A DNA stretch of 27,097 nucleotides, from contig NW_021834722.1 of assembly GCF_006345805.1 (NCBI RefSeq), forward strand, positions 1 to 27,097. Reading direction: 5' to 3'. Origin of the DNA: Octopus sinensis (lineage: Eukaryota). The notes beneath the pieces were generated by a model. It made no database searches. It was given only the letters and a program-made list of their open reading frames with translations, and was not told the DNA's origin. Numbering within the stretch: position 1 is the first letter of the stretch; each line of letters opens with the position of its first letter. Of the stretch, positions 1 through 10,424 are shown piece after piece. The position numbers and the translations under genes are program-made.

Positions 1-59
1 CGATAAGAGATCTATAGATGATTTTTAAACTAAAAACTGTATAAAAGAAAATGTCCTTG

Positions 60-410
60 TTTGTTTCAATGTCATCAGAGAACAGAAGCAACGGGTGCGA
101 GCGACGGCTTTGTGTCTACTCAATAGCCGCCAAGAGCGAATCAGATGATCAATTCACTAATGGGTAAAAGATTGTAGGTCTTTTTGTTGCTACGTGAATA
201 GCAACATCCAGACATCTCCACTTATGTAACCTTTACTCAATCTCCGTCCACCACTTGTTCTCCTGTCCTAGACCACAGGAAATTTCGCTACCACGCGCAG
301 CGCTTCGGGATCTCTGGGAGCGACCGGCCCAGTCTTTGCGTCGCTTAATAGTCGCCAGCTTCCTGCATGTCGGGCAGTTCGGCGCTACTAACTCACCGTG
401 TCCTTATTAA
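60..410 (+). mobile_element. Degenerate 3' remnant of a non-LTR retrotransposon (RTE/RTEX-like C-terminus)
   Basis: GC-richer than the flanks. One frame from ~197 reads HLCNLYSISVHHLFSCP...LRDLWERP, resembling the C-terminal C..C...H.HLFxCP...DLWxRP knuckle of RTEX-like ORF2 proteins. Upstream frames are broken. Clade assignment is from memory and weak. Confidence 0.4.
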
Positions 411-619
411 CTAACCATGTCCTAGAATAGTTCTTATATCAAAAAATGTTGCAACATGCTTAAAGAATTTAAAATTAAGAAAACACAGTAGAGAAATAAT
501 AGTTAATTAAAATTAACCTTGTGCAGTATCAACACTTTTTCATGACTTTAAGAACTGTAATAATGATTTTAAAAAAGTTTATAAAATTAATTAAAAAATT
601 GTTGTTACTAAAAAATGAA

Positions 620-2347
620 TTAATATCTGAGGTAAATAGTAGAATCATTTTCTACATTATAATAATCCAGTTTTTGCGTATCGTCATCAATTTCAACCAT
701 TTTGCCCAAATCCTTTCATATTTCTAGAAAAAGAAAACCTTGTCGAATAAGAAAATAGAAAGTACATTCTTGCGCTGTATTTCAAACAATTTCCTCAATA
801 ACATTTTAAATCTGCATATCTCAATTAGACCTATTTAAAATGGTATAAATAACAAAAAATAACATGGGAATTTCTTCACCAACTCCTTCCCAGAATTTTC
901 ATTTACAATCTTTAATGCTACAAATATTATAAAATATGAACATATTAAATCCTCCGCGATTGTTTTCTTGATTATTGAGCTCCCGGTAAGCCCGTTTTCA
1001 GGACCTTGGTAGAATAAAAAATATTTAAATCCAAACTATTGCATTTTTGTGATTCTTTTTTGAATTTATTGCTGTCAAAACGGCTCTTGTTTGCAGCTTC
1101 AGCTAAAAATCGTTCATTGAATGTAATTTCTATTCTGTTGAGGACCTTTATATTGGTTAATATAGAAATTAGCAATGGTCTCTGAGAATTTTTAATTGTA
1201 CCAAAATCACAACACAATTCCCTCAATTTTGGAAGGAAATTTAGTTCCTCAAATGAACATATCTATATAAAATGCATTATTAGACACTAACATCATCAAT
1301 AGGACAATCTTTAAGATAAAGTACAGATAAGGCTGGAAATATTCCACCTTCATTTTTGGGGATTTTAATTGAACGGATAGGATTCGAAGAGATATTTAGA
1401 AAATTCAATCTATAAATAATTTTAAAAAATAAAATAATAAAAAATACACTTTTTAAGAAAACGAAGATCGTTGATGTTATCCCACGACGAAATAAGATTA
1501 AAGCTCAGATCAAGCGAAGTCAACGAATCACAAAATACAGATAAATATGATATTTCCGAAATCAAATTATGACTCAATGAAATTGTTTCAAGTCCAGTCC
1601 ACATACACATTGAAATAGAAACATTATCGAGAAAACAGCAATTTAAAGCAATGGAAACAAGAAAATGTTTTTCCCCACTTTTTTCTTTCCATTGAATCTT
1701 ATTAAAACTCAAATCAAGAAATTCTAAATTTTGAATTTTCCTACAAATTTCCAAAACATCCTCTCCGTTTGATATCAGAGAATTGCACAAATTCAGTTGA
1801 GTTGTCTGGCCAAGAAAACTATCAATTTCTTCATTATTTTCCGGTTTACCAAGACCGTTAACATAATAGTCGGACAAATCAATAATAGTAATAAAATTAT
1901 ATTTTCTAATAAAATATAAAAATATAAAACTTGGCTGATTCTTTTAATTTTTTTGCACCAATAAAATTTATTGATTTATTAAAGATGGTAGTGATGACTT
2001 GGTCCTCTTCAATTTCATTTGATGTTAAATAAAAATTATATTTTTTTATTAAAGCTTCATAAAATGTTAAGCCGAAATTTGCCTTTGAAGGAGAAATGAA
2101 TGATCCACTTTGTGGGTTGCTTAAATGTTATAATAGAAATGCAAACTTGGCTTTGAAATAGAATTGGCCATTAAATGTTCCGTTGTGTTTACCTCTTGAT
2201 GAGTCATCCCAGTCAACACCAATCCACGTTCCTTAATAGATTTCATAGTGACGGTCTTAAACCATTTTTATCCTTTACTTCACCGTGGTACTTCACAGTT
2301 CCTATGGAGCCATTAAGCTCAACACGATCACCACATGAAATAGTCAT
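620..2347 (-). CDS. TBCE: Tubulin-specific chaperone E (CAP-Gly, LRRs, C-terminal ubiquitin-like domain), ~486 aa, 9 introns of 24-40 nt, intact
   Basis: Spliced translation gives MTISCGDRVELNGSIGTVKYHG, GTWIGVDWDDSSRGKHNGTFNGQFYFK..GSFISPSKANFG (CAP-Gly), LRRs (LEFLDLSFNKI, LTSLDLSFNLISSWDNI), VLNRIEITFNERFLAE and MVEIDDDTQKLDYYNVENDSTIYLRY*. All introns are GT-AG. 1728 nt minus 267 nt of introns = 487 codons with no frameshift. Confidence 0.95.
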
Positions 2348-2759
2348 GATATATCTAATAGATTTTTAAATAAAAAAATTAAAATAGTAACTTTAATTAA
2401 AACAATAAAAAAACACTAAAAATAATTAGTTTTCCTGATTTGAATCAGTGTTCCGACTACAACGACATGACAGTTGCGTATAGGAACAGTTCAAACTCTT
2501 CATAGAACAATATTGTAAAAATGAACTTTCTTTGCACAAATGTTCAAATATAGGCAGAGATATCCTTAAATTACATTAAAGTTTTGCATTTTGAATTGTA
2601 AAAATTAAAAGTACAGTAAATTCTCTAAAATAACCCAACGTGCCATTAGTGGTAATTGCTCTAGGCTTAAAATTTAACAAAAAATTAAACTAATGAGTTA
2701 TAAAGATTAAAATACCCTGTCAGTGAATAGCTGTTTAATTTTCTGTTTGTTGAAATAAA

Positions 2760-4102
2760 CACTTCGAGGAGGACAATAACGATATTTTTAAGAATGATTT
2801 TCGAAGAATATAAAAGCGTTAATTCCCATATGAAAAATTTTCAAAGAGATGGAATATTCGAAAATTGATGAAAAGCTGTCGAGTGGATGGATCTGATGGA
2901 ATTGCAAGGTATTTTTAATTGTTTAAAGTTTTAATGTGCATTACTAGACGATGTTAGAATATCTAGCAAAATTAAAATTTTACTAAGGTGCTTCTTCTCG
3001 ATAATTTTGAGAACTCTACCGAATTTTTATTCATACCGTTTGAATCATTTTTAAACAGTTTTGAATTGTAGGAGAGATTTGTAAAGAGATTTTATTGACC
3101 GAAGGACCAGGTTAAGACAGTTAATTATAATCCATCGTGATTCCCGATTCATGTCGCAAGCGAAGTAGATCCTTCTGAAAGCTTCGAGCCTGCCCGCAAT
3201 GATCGGACTGAGACGACGATGTCCCTGGTGAGAGTTCTAGAAGTCTTTTTCGGTGGTCATTCAGTGCTTCCTGAGCGTTCGGTTCTAACTGACATGGTGG
3301 ACCCCATAAAGCCACGCTAAGAAGGAATGAAGGTAAGAGATCCCCATTTTTCAACTGTTTCGTGCCAGAAGGACTCGTCGCCTCACTAGCGGGGAACGAA
3401 ACGAGAATTGTAAAAATAACATTTTACAACAATATTTATATTTTATAAAAATCAGGTTGACTTAAAAGCGATGTTTGAAATCATTATTAATTCTGACACA
3501 AAATAATTTAAGTAATCAAATATAAAAATAAAACATAATATCTTGTAAAAATAGACGTGGATACACTAATGACGCGGAAACCGAAGTCCAGTAAAATGAA
3601 TCGCATATATTTATACTGGATGAGGTAAAAAGAATAATCATGCTGATCAAAGTTGAAATAATTTTTCTGCAATTACTGAAACAAGAGAAAATAGAGATAA
3701 TGAACAAATACGACGTGCGTGTTGTGAACTAGCGGTAAAACACAATGCTAAAGTGAACATAATGCCTCTAATGTTAACTTAGGATGATAATATCAGCAAG
3801 TTTTACAAACGCCATAAGAATGCACGAAAGGTAGTTGATACAATCAAGGTTCTATAATTGATAAATTGACTTGAAAATGGTATAGCAGACTACAGTTATG
3901 GAAAAAACTCTTAAGAGTATTTAAGTAAAGTACAAAAAGGATTTTTATGATAGCCGACAGGGGAATAAGCAGAAGAATTCTGTCAGGTGAAGGAAGCGAG
4001 AGAAGGTCACTCAATCTAAAACGGATTTCTGTGCCAGGAATTGTGTCAATAAAAATATCTGGAAAATGGTTTCAAAAAGACGTGTGTCAGTTGAAAACTT
4101 AG
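2760..4102 (+). CDS. Unidentified multi-exon host gene; frameshifted as assembled; boundaries approximate
   Basis: Coding-like blocks are separated by short GT-AG introns: AVEWMDLMELQ, VLLLDNFENSTEFLFIPFESFLN, GEICKEILLTEGP, VDLKAMFEIIINSD, RDNEQIRRACCELAVKHNAK, DDNISKFYKRHKNARK. Several joins need single-base frame corrections. No family recognised. Confidence 0.45.
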
Positions 4103-4205
4103 ATTCTCTATATTAAAAAAATCTGTCGTTTATTAAATTTCATCCTTAAATTAACTAACAAATATTTAATTAAAATGGGGAATAAGTTATACACGAATTA
4201 ATAAA

Positions 4206-4305
4206 GAGCCTGGAGGTCAGCTCAAAGTCGCCGCACTGCGTATCGAGTGGCAGTTTCCGCGGAGCACTGCGACCGAGATTCGCTGGAAGAGCCGTCTGGC
4301 ACTCA
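4206..4305 (-). mobile_element. ~100-bp 3' fragment of a CRE-clade retrotransposon, same family as 15855-16876
   Basis: The minus strand reads ttccagcgaatctcggtcgcagtgctccgcggaaactgccactcgatacgcagtgcggcgactttgagctgacctccaggctc, which aligns closely with 16745-16827. It encodes LFQRISVAVLRGNCHSIRSAATLS*. Confidence 0.8.
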
Positions 4306-4392
4306 TGATGATCCTTAAATTATGATGATTTAATTACACTCGAGTAAAAAAACAAAACATTTCAAATATAAAAATGGATCAAAGTGAGCTAC

Positions 4393-7180
4393 TCAATTAT
4401 TATTGAGATTACTATTTTTTTCAACAAGCTTCTCAATGCCAAGTGATTCACCATCGGGAATACCATAGCCCTTTAACATCCCCAATGGATTAGAAGGAGT
4501 AATACAGGAGTCAGAGGGTTCCTTCCTAATACACCGATCAATCTCTATCGACGAAAAGTACGCCACACACTATACAATATTAAAACACACCAACAGAAGG
4601 AAGATCTCTCATTCCAAGAGAATTAGAAAAGGCACACCTCGTTAAAAGATGCGCAACTTGTAGTAAAAATGCAGCTTCATAACGTTTAGAAGAAGGCACT
4701 ATAAATCGTACTTCATCGTGAATGCTGAGTGCTAGACGGCCGCTAATTCCAGCATCCGACATCAACCAACGAGTTGCTGTGAGCAATAAATGCAAAAAAT
4801 CGACAGCAGAGCTCTGTATAACCCAATTTAGTCGGGAACGAGAAAACTATTTTATGTAAAAAATAACTACTTTTTGACCAACAGCCGACGGTGTCAGTGC
4901 CTGTGATATAAGACAACCTAGAAATGGCGTACGAGGGTTCTCTGAAAATGCAATTGCCTCCATCACATTAAAGACGTCAGATTCGCTAACAAATGATTAA
5001 AAATATACCTTCCTCCAACCCATCGATAATCTCTGGATAGGCTAAAAAGATTAAATATATTAGTAAACCTCACACGTCTCCCTTCGTCTGACGATACAAA
5101 TTATTTGCCTTTAATAAAGCCTCCTCCTGCGACAATTCGCATTACAGGCCATCATCATTGCGGCAGTGAGTTTACTCCAGAACCATAAATTCGGAAAAAA
5201 TTAAAAACCTAAACAAAATATTCAAATTTAAACCTTAGCCTGAGAACGAGAGAGTCCAATGATCTCAGCAGTGCGACTATGGAGATCGGACCCCTCAGAT
5301 TTACTTCCCTGATGAAGCATCCACGAAAACCCAGTACTTCCTAAAAATTCACAAAAAAACTTATTGCCATGAATTTTTGAAAAATATGCATCCCCAAGAA
5401 GAGAAGCAATCCACAACTCCTCCAAATCTACATCTGCCCCAACAAAATGATAGTCCACGGGCGATTGAATCATAGCTTTCAGTTCACTACCAATACGATC
5501 AGTCTGATAGTAATCAAAGCTAACAAATACTCTTGCATTACTAGCAGTCAGCCATGTAGGCTCAACTGCCCGTCTCGTCACTGTCCCTGAGACAATAACA
5601 CGTGGAAGTATTGCCCCAAATAAACTTTGGAGGTTGGGGAAGCAATCTCGTTTTGATTTAACCAAACGACGTATTGAGACCTCAAAAATGATTTAATTTT
5701 AACTTAATTCTATCGAGGTTATTTCGCCAATAAGTCAAAGTTGTGGCCCAAATCAACAAATCTGTGGATTCTGGAGCAAACTCAGAGACTAATTGACCGT
5801 TTTTGAGTTTTTCAACGTTTTCCTTGCATAAAACAATGTTGATTTTACGAGTTGAACAATCCTATAATAATTTGAGTAGTTTTTATAACTTGTCTTAAAA
5901 ACGACAAAAATTCCAAGATGGAGGTACCCCATCGACATCCTGTGAAAGGGGGATTCTTTTTTCATAATAGGAACTTAATTTCCGCTCAAACCAATTCCCT
6001 AACTACAATAAAATTAATTAAAACAACCTTCCAATAAGTATTATTCCGTAACTCAACATTATTGAGTATTTCAGGCCCATTTTTGAAAATATTTTCTAAA
6101 AAATCGTCACAATTTTCTCCGGAATGATTAAAGAGAAACTTTACAATATTAAAAAGGGCAAATCTAAAAAATTCAAACCACAAACAAATACTTTGAAGGA
6201 TAAGGATATAATTTATCCATATCAGATCTTTCAGTCACTCCAAGCGCGGGAACAAGAAATCCCCAGCCATAAACGGAGTGGTAAAATAACGGACATCCAA
6301 AAAAACTTAGTTTTAGCAATTTAGTGACAATTCTCTTTGAAAGTGACAAATTCGACGGAGAGAATGTCGTCCTTTCATTACTTTGAGGACTATCACATAT
6401 ATTTCTATACCAGCTGACAATTTTAACCAGGATTTACTTAACCGTGGATAATCATTGAGATAGTTCATGCTTAGAACACGTTCCTTCTTGAATAGTTCAG
6501 AAAGTTGATCGATTTGTTGTTTTTTGGGTATTTTTTGTGTTTGAAGGGAATTGTTCTCCAATCAAGGTCCCAGGTCCAAGGACAATCAGCAGATTTTTTG
6601 ATATTGCCACGGCGCTGTTTGCAGCGTTTAATAAAAGACGTTTTTTTTTTTCTTTTCATCTTGGAGGAATTTATTTTGTGACCGACTCAAAAAATGTTCC
6701 CAATTCTCGTTTACTGGCAAATACATGGATCCCATTTCTAACATTCCAGCCAAAGTCACATCCGACGGAAATCTTAAGTTATAAAATCAAATTAAACCGA
6801 GAACAATACAACTTAAAAAGACGACTAAATACTCTGAAAGTAGCCAGTACGTCATTAGCACAATAATCAATAAGTTCATTGAATGATTGACGTACATCAG
6901 TCACTGATCCTGTCACGAATATTTTTCGGAGGTCTTTTTAAGAGTTGACCTCTGCAGTGATATGCATGGACGTCTTGTAGGGAGTGGTTGTCCCCAAATT
7001 CATCCAAATCTCAGCTTCTGTCTCATCTTCCACTATTGACTTTTGTCGAATGGCCATTTTTGATCACTCGTGAATCCCGAACAAGCAATGTGGAGTGACA
7101 TTGTGGCTCTGTTGTCTTCTGCTCGTATTATAATTAAATCTATCCAGAACAATCTTAACTATATTTTACGTACAACAATA
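4393..7180 (-). pseudogene. POLG: Mitochondrial DNA polymerase gamma catalytic subunit; not translatable as assembled (pseudogene or consensus errors); N-terminal exonuclease motifs missing
   Basis: Motifs seen: TMSLHIACSG, SLQDVH, exo [71 protein letters not shown], motif [13 protein letters not shown], motif B AKVFNFFRIYGSG, NWVIQSSAVDFLH, motif C SIHDEVRF and TPSNPLG..YGIPDGESL. TGA stop at 4393-4395. At least 8 frame breaks (near 6985, 6937, 6645-6597, 6525, 5890, 5625, 5172, 5133). Gene identity is secure; functional status is not. Confidence 0.85.
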
Positions 7181-7249
7181 TATTACTTGTAAATAAAAAA
7201 TGTACGTGATAAAATTGGTTAAAAAATATGTATCCATAATATTAGTTGT

Positions 7250-8370
7250 ACCTTAATTCGAAATCTTAACCCATGGATTAATGACTGATTAAGGAGGTGC
7301 TACAGGTACCAAGGCCTCAATTAAATATAAATTTGTCTCACTACAATCAATTAAATGTACTGAGAAATCAACAAAAACATCCCGCTGCTTTTTGCTAATT
7401 ATAATTTCTTCATTAGCAATGTCTGGAAAATTTGTGGCCAACTTTTTAAAATTTCCAACTTTTTTGATTTTTCTATTTCCTTTCTAGATGTAGATGTAGT
7501 TTCTTCTGGGTCTATAATAATTTTACAAACTTGATGAATTACGTCGGTGAACTGGACAGTTATACGGGCACACTTAACATTAATCAAGGAAATGAACAGA
7601 TTGTTTTAATTACCTAATTTTAAATATATTTTTGTCTAAAGTCTATTTTTTCTTTCAATGGTATATTATTGGTTTTCAAAAATGATTGAATAGTTTTCGA
7701 CATACTCAGTTTTATTTTCTATTTAAGTATTTTGTGAAAACTTTTACAGAATAGAAATACATTTGATAGATTTCAGGTTATTAAACTCATATTTTTTGAA
7801 AATGAGATTGGTAATAAAAAAAAAAATGTAAAACCATTATTTGGGCCTTCTCACCGTTAAAAATTTGTAATACTTCATTATGAATCAAGTAATGAAGAAA
7901 AATTATTTAATGGGCATTATAAAGTCATTTAATATTGTTTTCAGCAAATCATCTTGACAGAAACTAGCATTCAATTAACTTTTCTTTATAATAATTTATA
8001 TCAATTAATTAACTTCTTTCATACTTAGAATTGACTTAATCAAAGAAAAAACTAATTGACGAGACCGTCGACTAAGAAGTACCTTGTGTGCTGTTAAACA
8101 CTTAGTCGGCTCATATTTGCGTTCAAGACCAGCCCCGACTATACATAATGAATATGTTACTTATGTATTAAACACCAATATAATAAACTAGTCATTGCAG
8201 AATATAAGGAGTTTAATAGAATGACTGGTAAATAGTAAATGACCGCAAAAAATAATGAGCCTCCAAAAGTATCATCATCAAACATTCAAGTAAAAATCCT
8301 TATTGAGAAAGTATAAATTTAGAAAAGAAAATATGAATTTGGTTCAAAACGTCCGTAAAAAGTGCATTAA
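7250..8370 (-). CDS. Unidentified multi-exon host gene with an N-terminal hydrophobic segment; frameshifted as assembled; boundaries approximate
   Basis: Exon-like blocks: FDDDTFGGSLFFAVIYYLPVILLNSLYSAMTSLLYWCLIHK, a 22-nt GT-AG intron, GAGLERKYEPTKCLTAHKVLLSRRSRQLVFSLIKSIL, CARITVQFTDVIHQVCKIIIDPEE and KQRDVFVDFSVHLIDCSETNLYLIEAL. Frame break near 7440. No family recognised. Confidence 0.4.
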
Positions 8371-8559
8371 AACTTCTAAACGAAAATTTTATTTTAACAC
8401 AGCTTTTTGCTATAAATTACACCTGTCAAACCTTTATTTCAAAGTTAACTAAAAATCCGCCGTAAAATAATAACATCTGAATGAAAAGGAACATAATTAA
8501 AAAAATGACTTACATTAACTACAATAAAATCAACAAAATCTGATAAAAAATAAAGAGTT

Positions 8560-9328
8560 CTACTTCATGAATATGCTGATATTTCTCAAAAAACCTAAGA
8601 TAAATAAAAAATAAAAAAACCTGCATTCGCAGCCGTCGGCACGATATCTTGAACAAAAGTTAAAAAAAGTTCATTTTCTAAATACTCCTTAAACATGTCA
8701 GGTTTAAATTTCAACTTAAAATAATTATTTTTTGCCATAGTCTAATAGAATAAATAAATAATATTACAGAAGATTTGTAATTTTTCTCATAACTTTCCCA
8801 TGGCTGAATTTCGATAATAAGAATTCCACCTGGCAACAAATCAGCATAAATTCTCTGAAATGCTATTCGAAGACCTTCGTCGCCATTCACAAGATGAATC
8901 CACTTTGTGATACTCAAAGCCATAATAACATCATATTGTTTCTTTGGAATATATCCGTCAATACTATCGATAACATAATTTTCCTAAAAATAAAATAAAA
9001 TCTATACATAACAGAATGATATATTCGATGGAAATGATTCATTTCTATTATTGTTGGGATTAGAAATGCTGCGTGAGGCTCTCAGAATAAGTGATTTGTC
9101 AATATCTATTCCAAGGATATGTCGTGGTTTAAATCTTTTAGCAATCATAATAGTAATATATCCAACGTTGCAGCCAATGTCCAATATATTTTTGTCTTTA
9201 AACCACTCACATTTCATAAGTGATAGTCTCGGATCTTCATTATTCTGAATTCTGTATCCATAATAACGATCGTAATTCCCATATGGAAAATATTTTTTCT
9301 TTGTTTTTTTCTTATTAATATTAGTCAT
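8560..9328 (-). CDS. MEPCE: 7SK snRNA methylphosphate capping enzyme / Bin3 methyltransferase, ~230 aa, 3 introns (24, 26, 26 nt), intact
   Basis: Motifs [71 protein letters not shown]. The spliced frame is continuous to TAG at 8560-8562 (231 codons). The ATG at 9328 is the likeliest start. Confidence 0.93.
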
Positions 9329-9479
9329 TTCTACGTTTAAAATTACAACAAAATTGAATGCCACACTACCTTTATAATTATATTTTTTTTAGAAATAAAA
9401 TAGTGTAAAATATAAAGTAAATTGATTAATAATTAACAAAAATAGAAAATAATATTAGTCTGGTTAAATAATTTTATTG

Positions 9480-9501
9480 TTAGGGTTAGGGTTAGGGTTA
9501 G
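9480..9501 (+). repeat. Short interstitial (TTAGGG)3-TTAG telomere-type repeat
   Basis: Direct reading: ttagggttagggttagggttag. Confidence 0.8.
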
Positions 9502-9939
9502 TAAAAAATTTTCTAACAAAATAATTTCCATGTTGGGTTTAAAAATGTTTGTAAACAACTTTTTTTATTTATAAAATTAACAAAAACTGTTCATAGAATA
9601 CAGCTCACAAATGAAAATTTATCGGCTTTAATAAAAGTCGGAATTATGTCAAAAATATCAATAATTCAGAAGTAGTTTCAAGCACGATTAAAAGATGATT
9701 AGATTTTCTTATTTTTGTTTTTATTATAAATTCGGCCTTAAAACGAAATTAATTTGACACCCTTAGTATAAATGCTAGGATAGTTAAAACATGAGTTTCT
9801 AATAAATGTTTTAAAATTAACTTTTTGTTAATTTTTATATAAAATACAAGAATATTAATATTGATATATTAATTGGTTTGTTAAGTTTTACTGACAAATT
9901 AAAATTATTGATTAAATTCTGAATTTTCCATTTCCAAAA

Positions 9940-9992
9940 TCTGCCGTTAATTTGACGGGAACTAAAAATTGCAAATTTGAGAGATTTAACTG
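9940..9992 (-). mobile_element. Possible solitary terminus of a pogo/Tigger-like DNA transposon
   Basis: The minus strand reads TA|CAGTTAAATCTCTCAAATT with an internal inverted pair (ccgttaa/ttgacgg). No partner terminus was found. Confidence 0.25.
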
Positions 9993-10424
9993 TATATAGA
10001 TAATCTGCAATGGTAGCAAGTCCAATCCTAAAAGGATTGTTTGCACCTGAAAAAAATAGTCTATAGTCCTTAAAAATTCATCTTTGACCAGTAATAAAAA
10101 CTCATAAAAAGAATAAAGTTTGGTTAGTAAAGAAAGATTTTAATAGCTAGATTAAAGCTATAGTCTGAATCGAATTCTACATTAATAATATAAATATTGA
10201 AACTTTTCACTGTTTTTAGATTTCATAATTAGATATTTTTTGCTTTTAAGAATCAGCATAAAACAAATAAATGTGATTGTAGTCAAAGAATAATTCCAAT
10301 AAAGATTATATAATTTTATTGATTTCCATAGGGTCTCTGAAATTCACAAATGAAAAATTAACCAGGTTTTTATTAAATGCACTTCTAAAAATTAAAAAAA
10401 GTAATAGCTTACGATCACTTTTAG

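Noticed and set aside
521-727. Short AT-rich ORFs from the track (e.g. 521-727, 2175-2369, 6124-6324, 9051-9248, 10319-10513, 18869-19180, 19801-20091)
   Set aside because: They are antisense to real exons or low-complexity frames with non-ATG starts and no motifs.
4206-4305. Structured ncRNA between convergent genes
   Set aside because: Explained by direct similarity to the 3' end of the retrotransposon at 16745-16827.
4393-7180. Firm claim of mitochondrial genome loss
   Set aside because: Intact NDUFS5 implies Complex I, most POLG lesions look like consensus errors, and the apparent TAA near 5895 could be intronic. One window cannot show absence.
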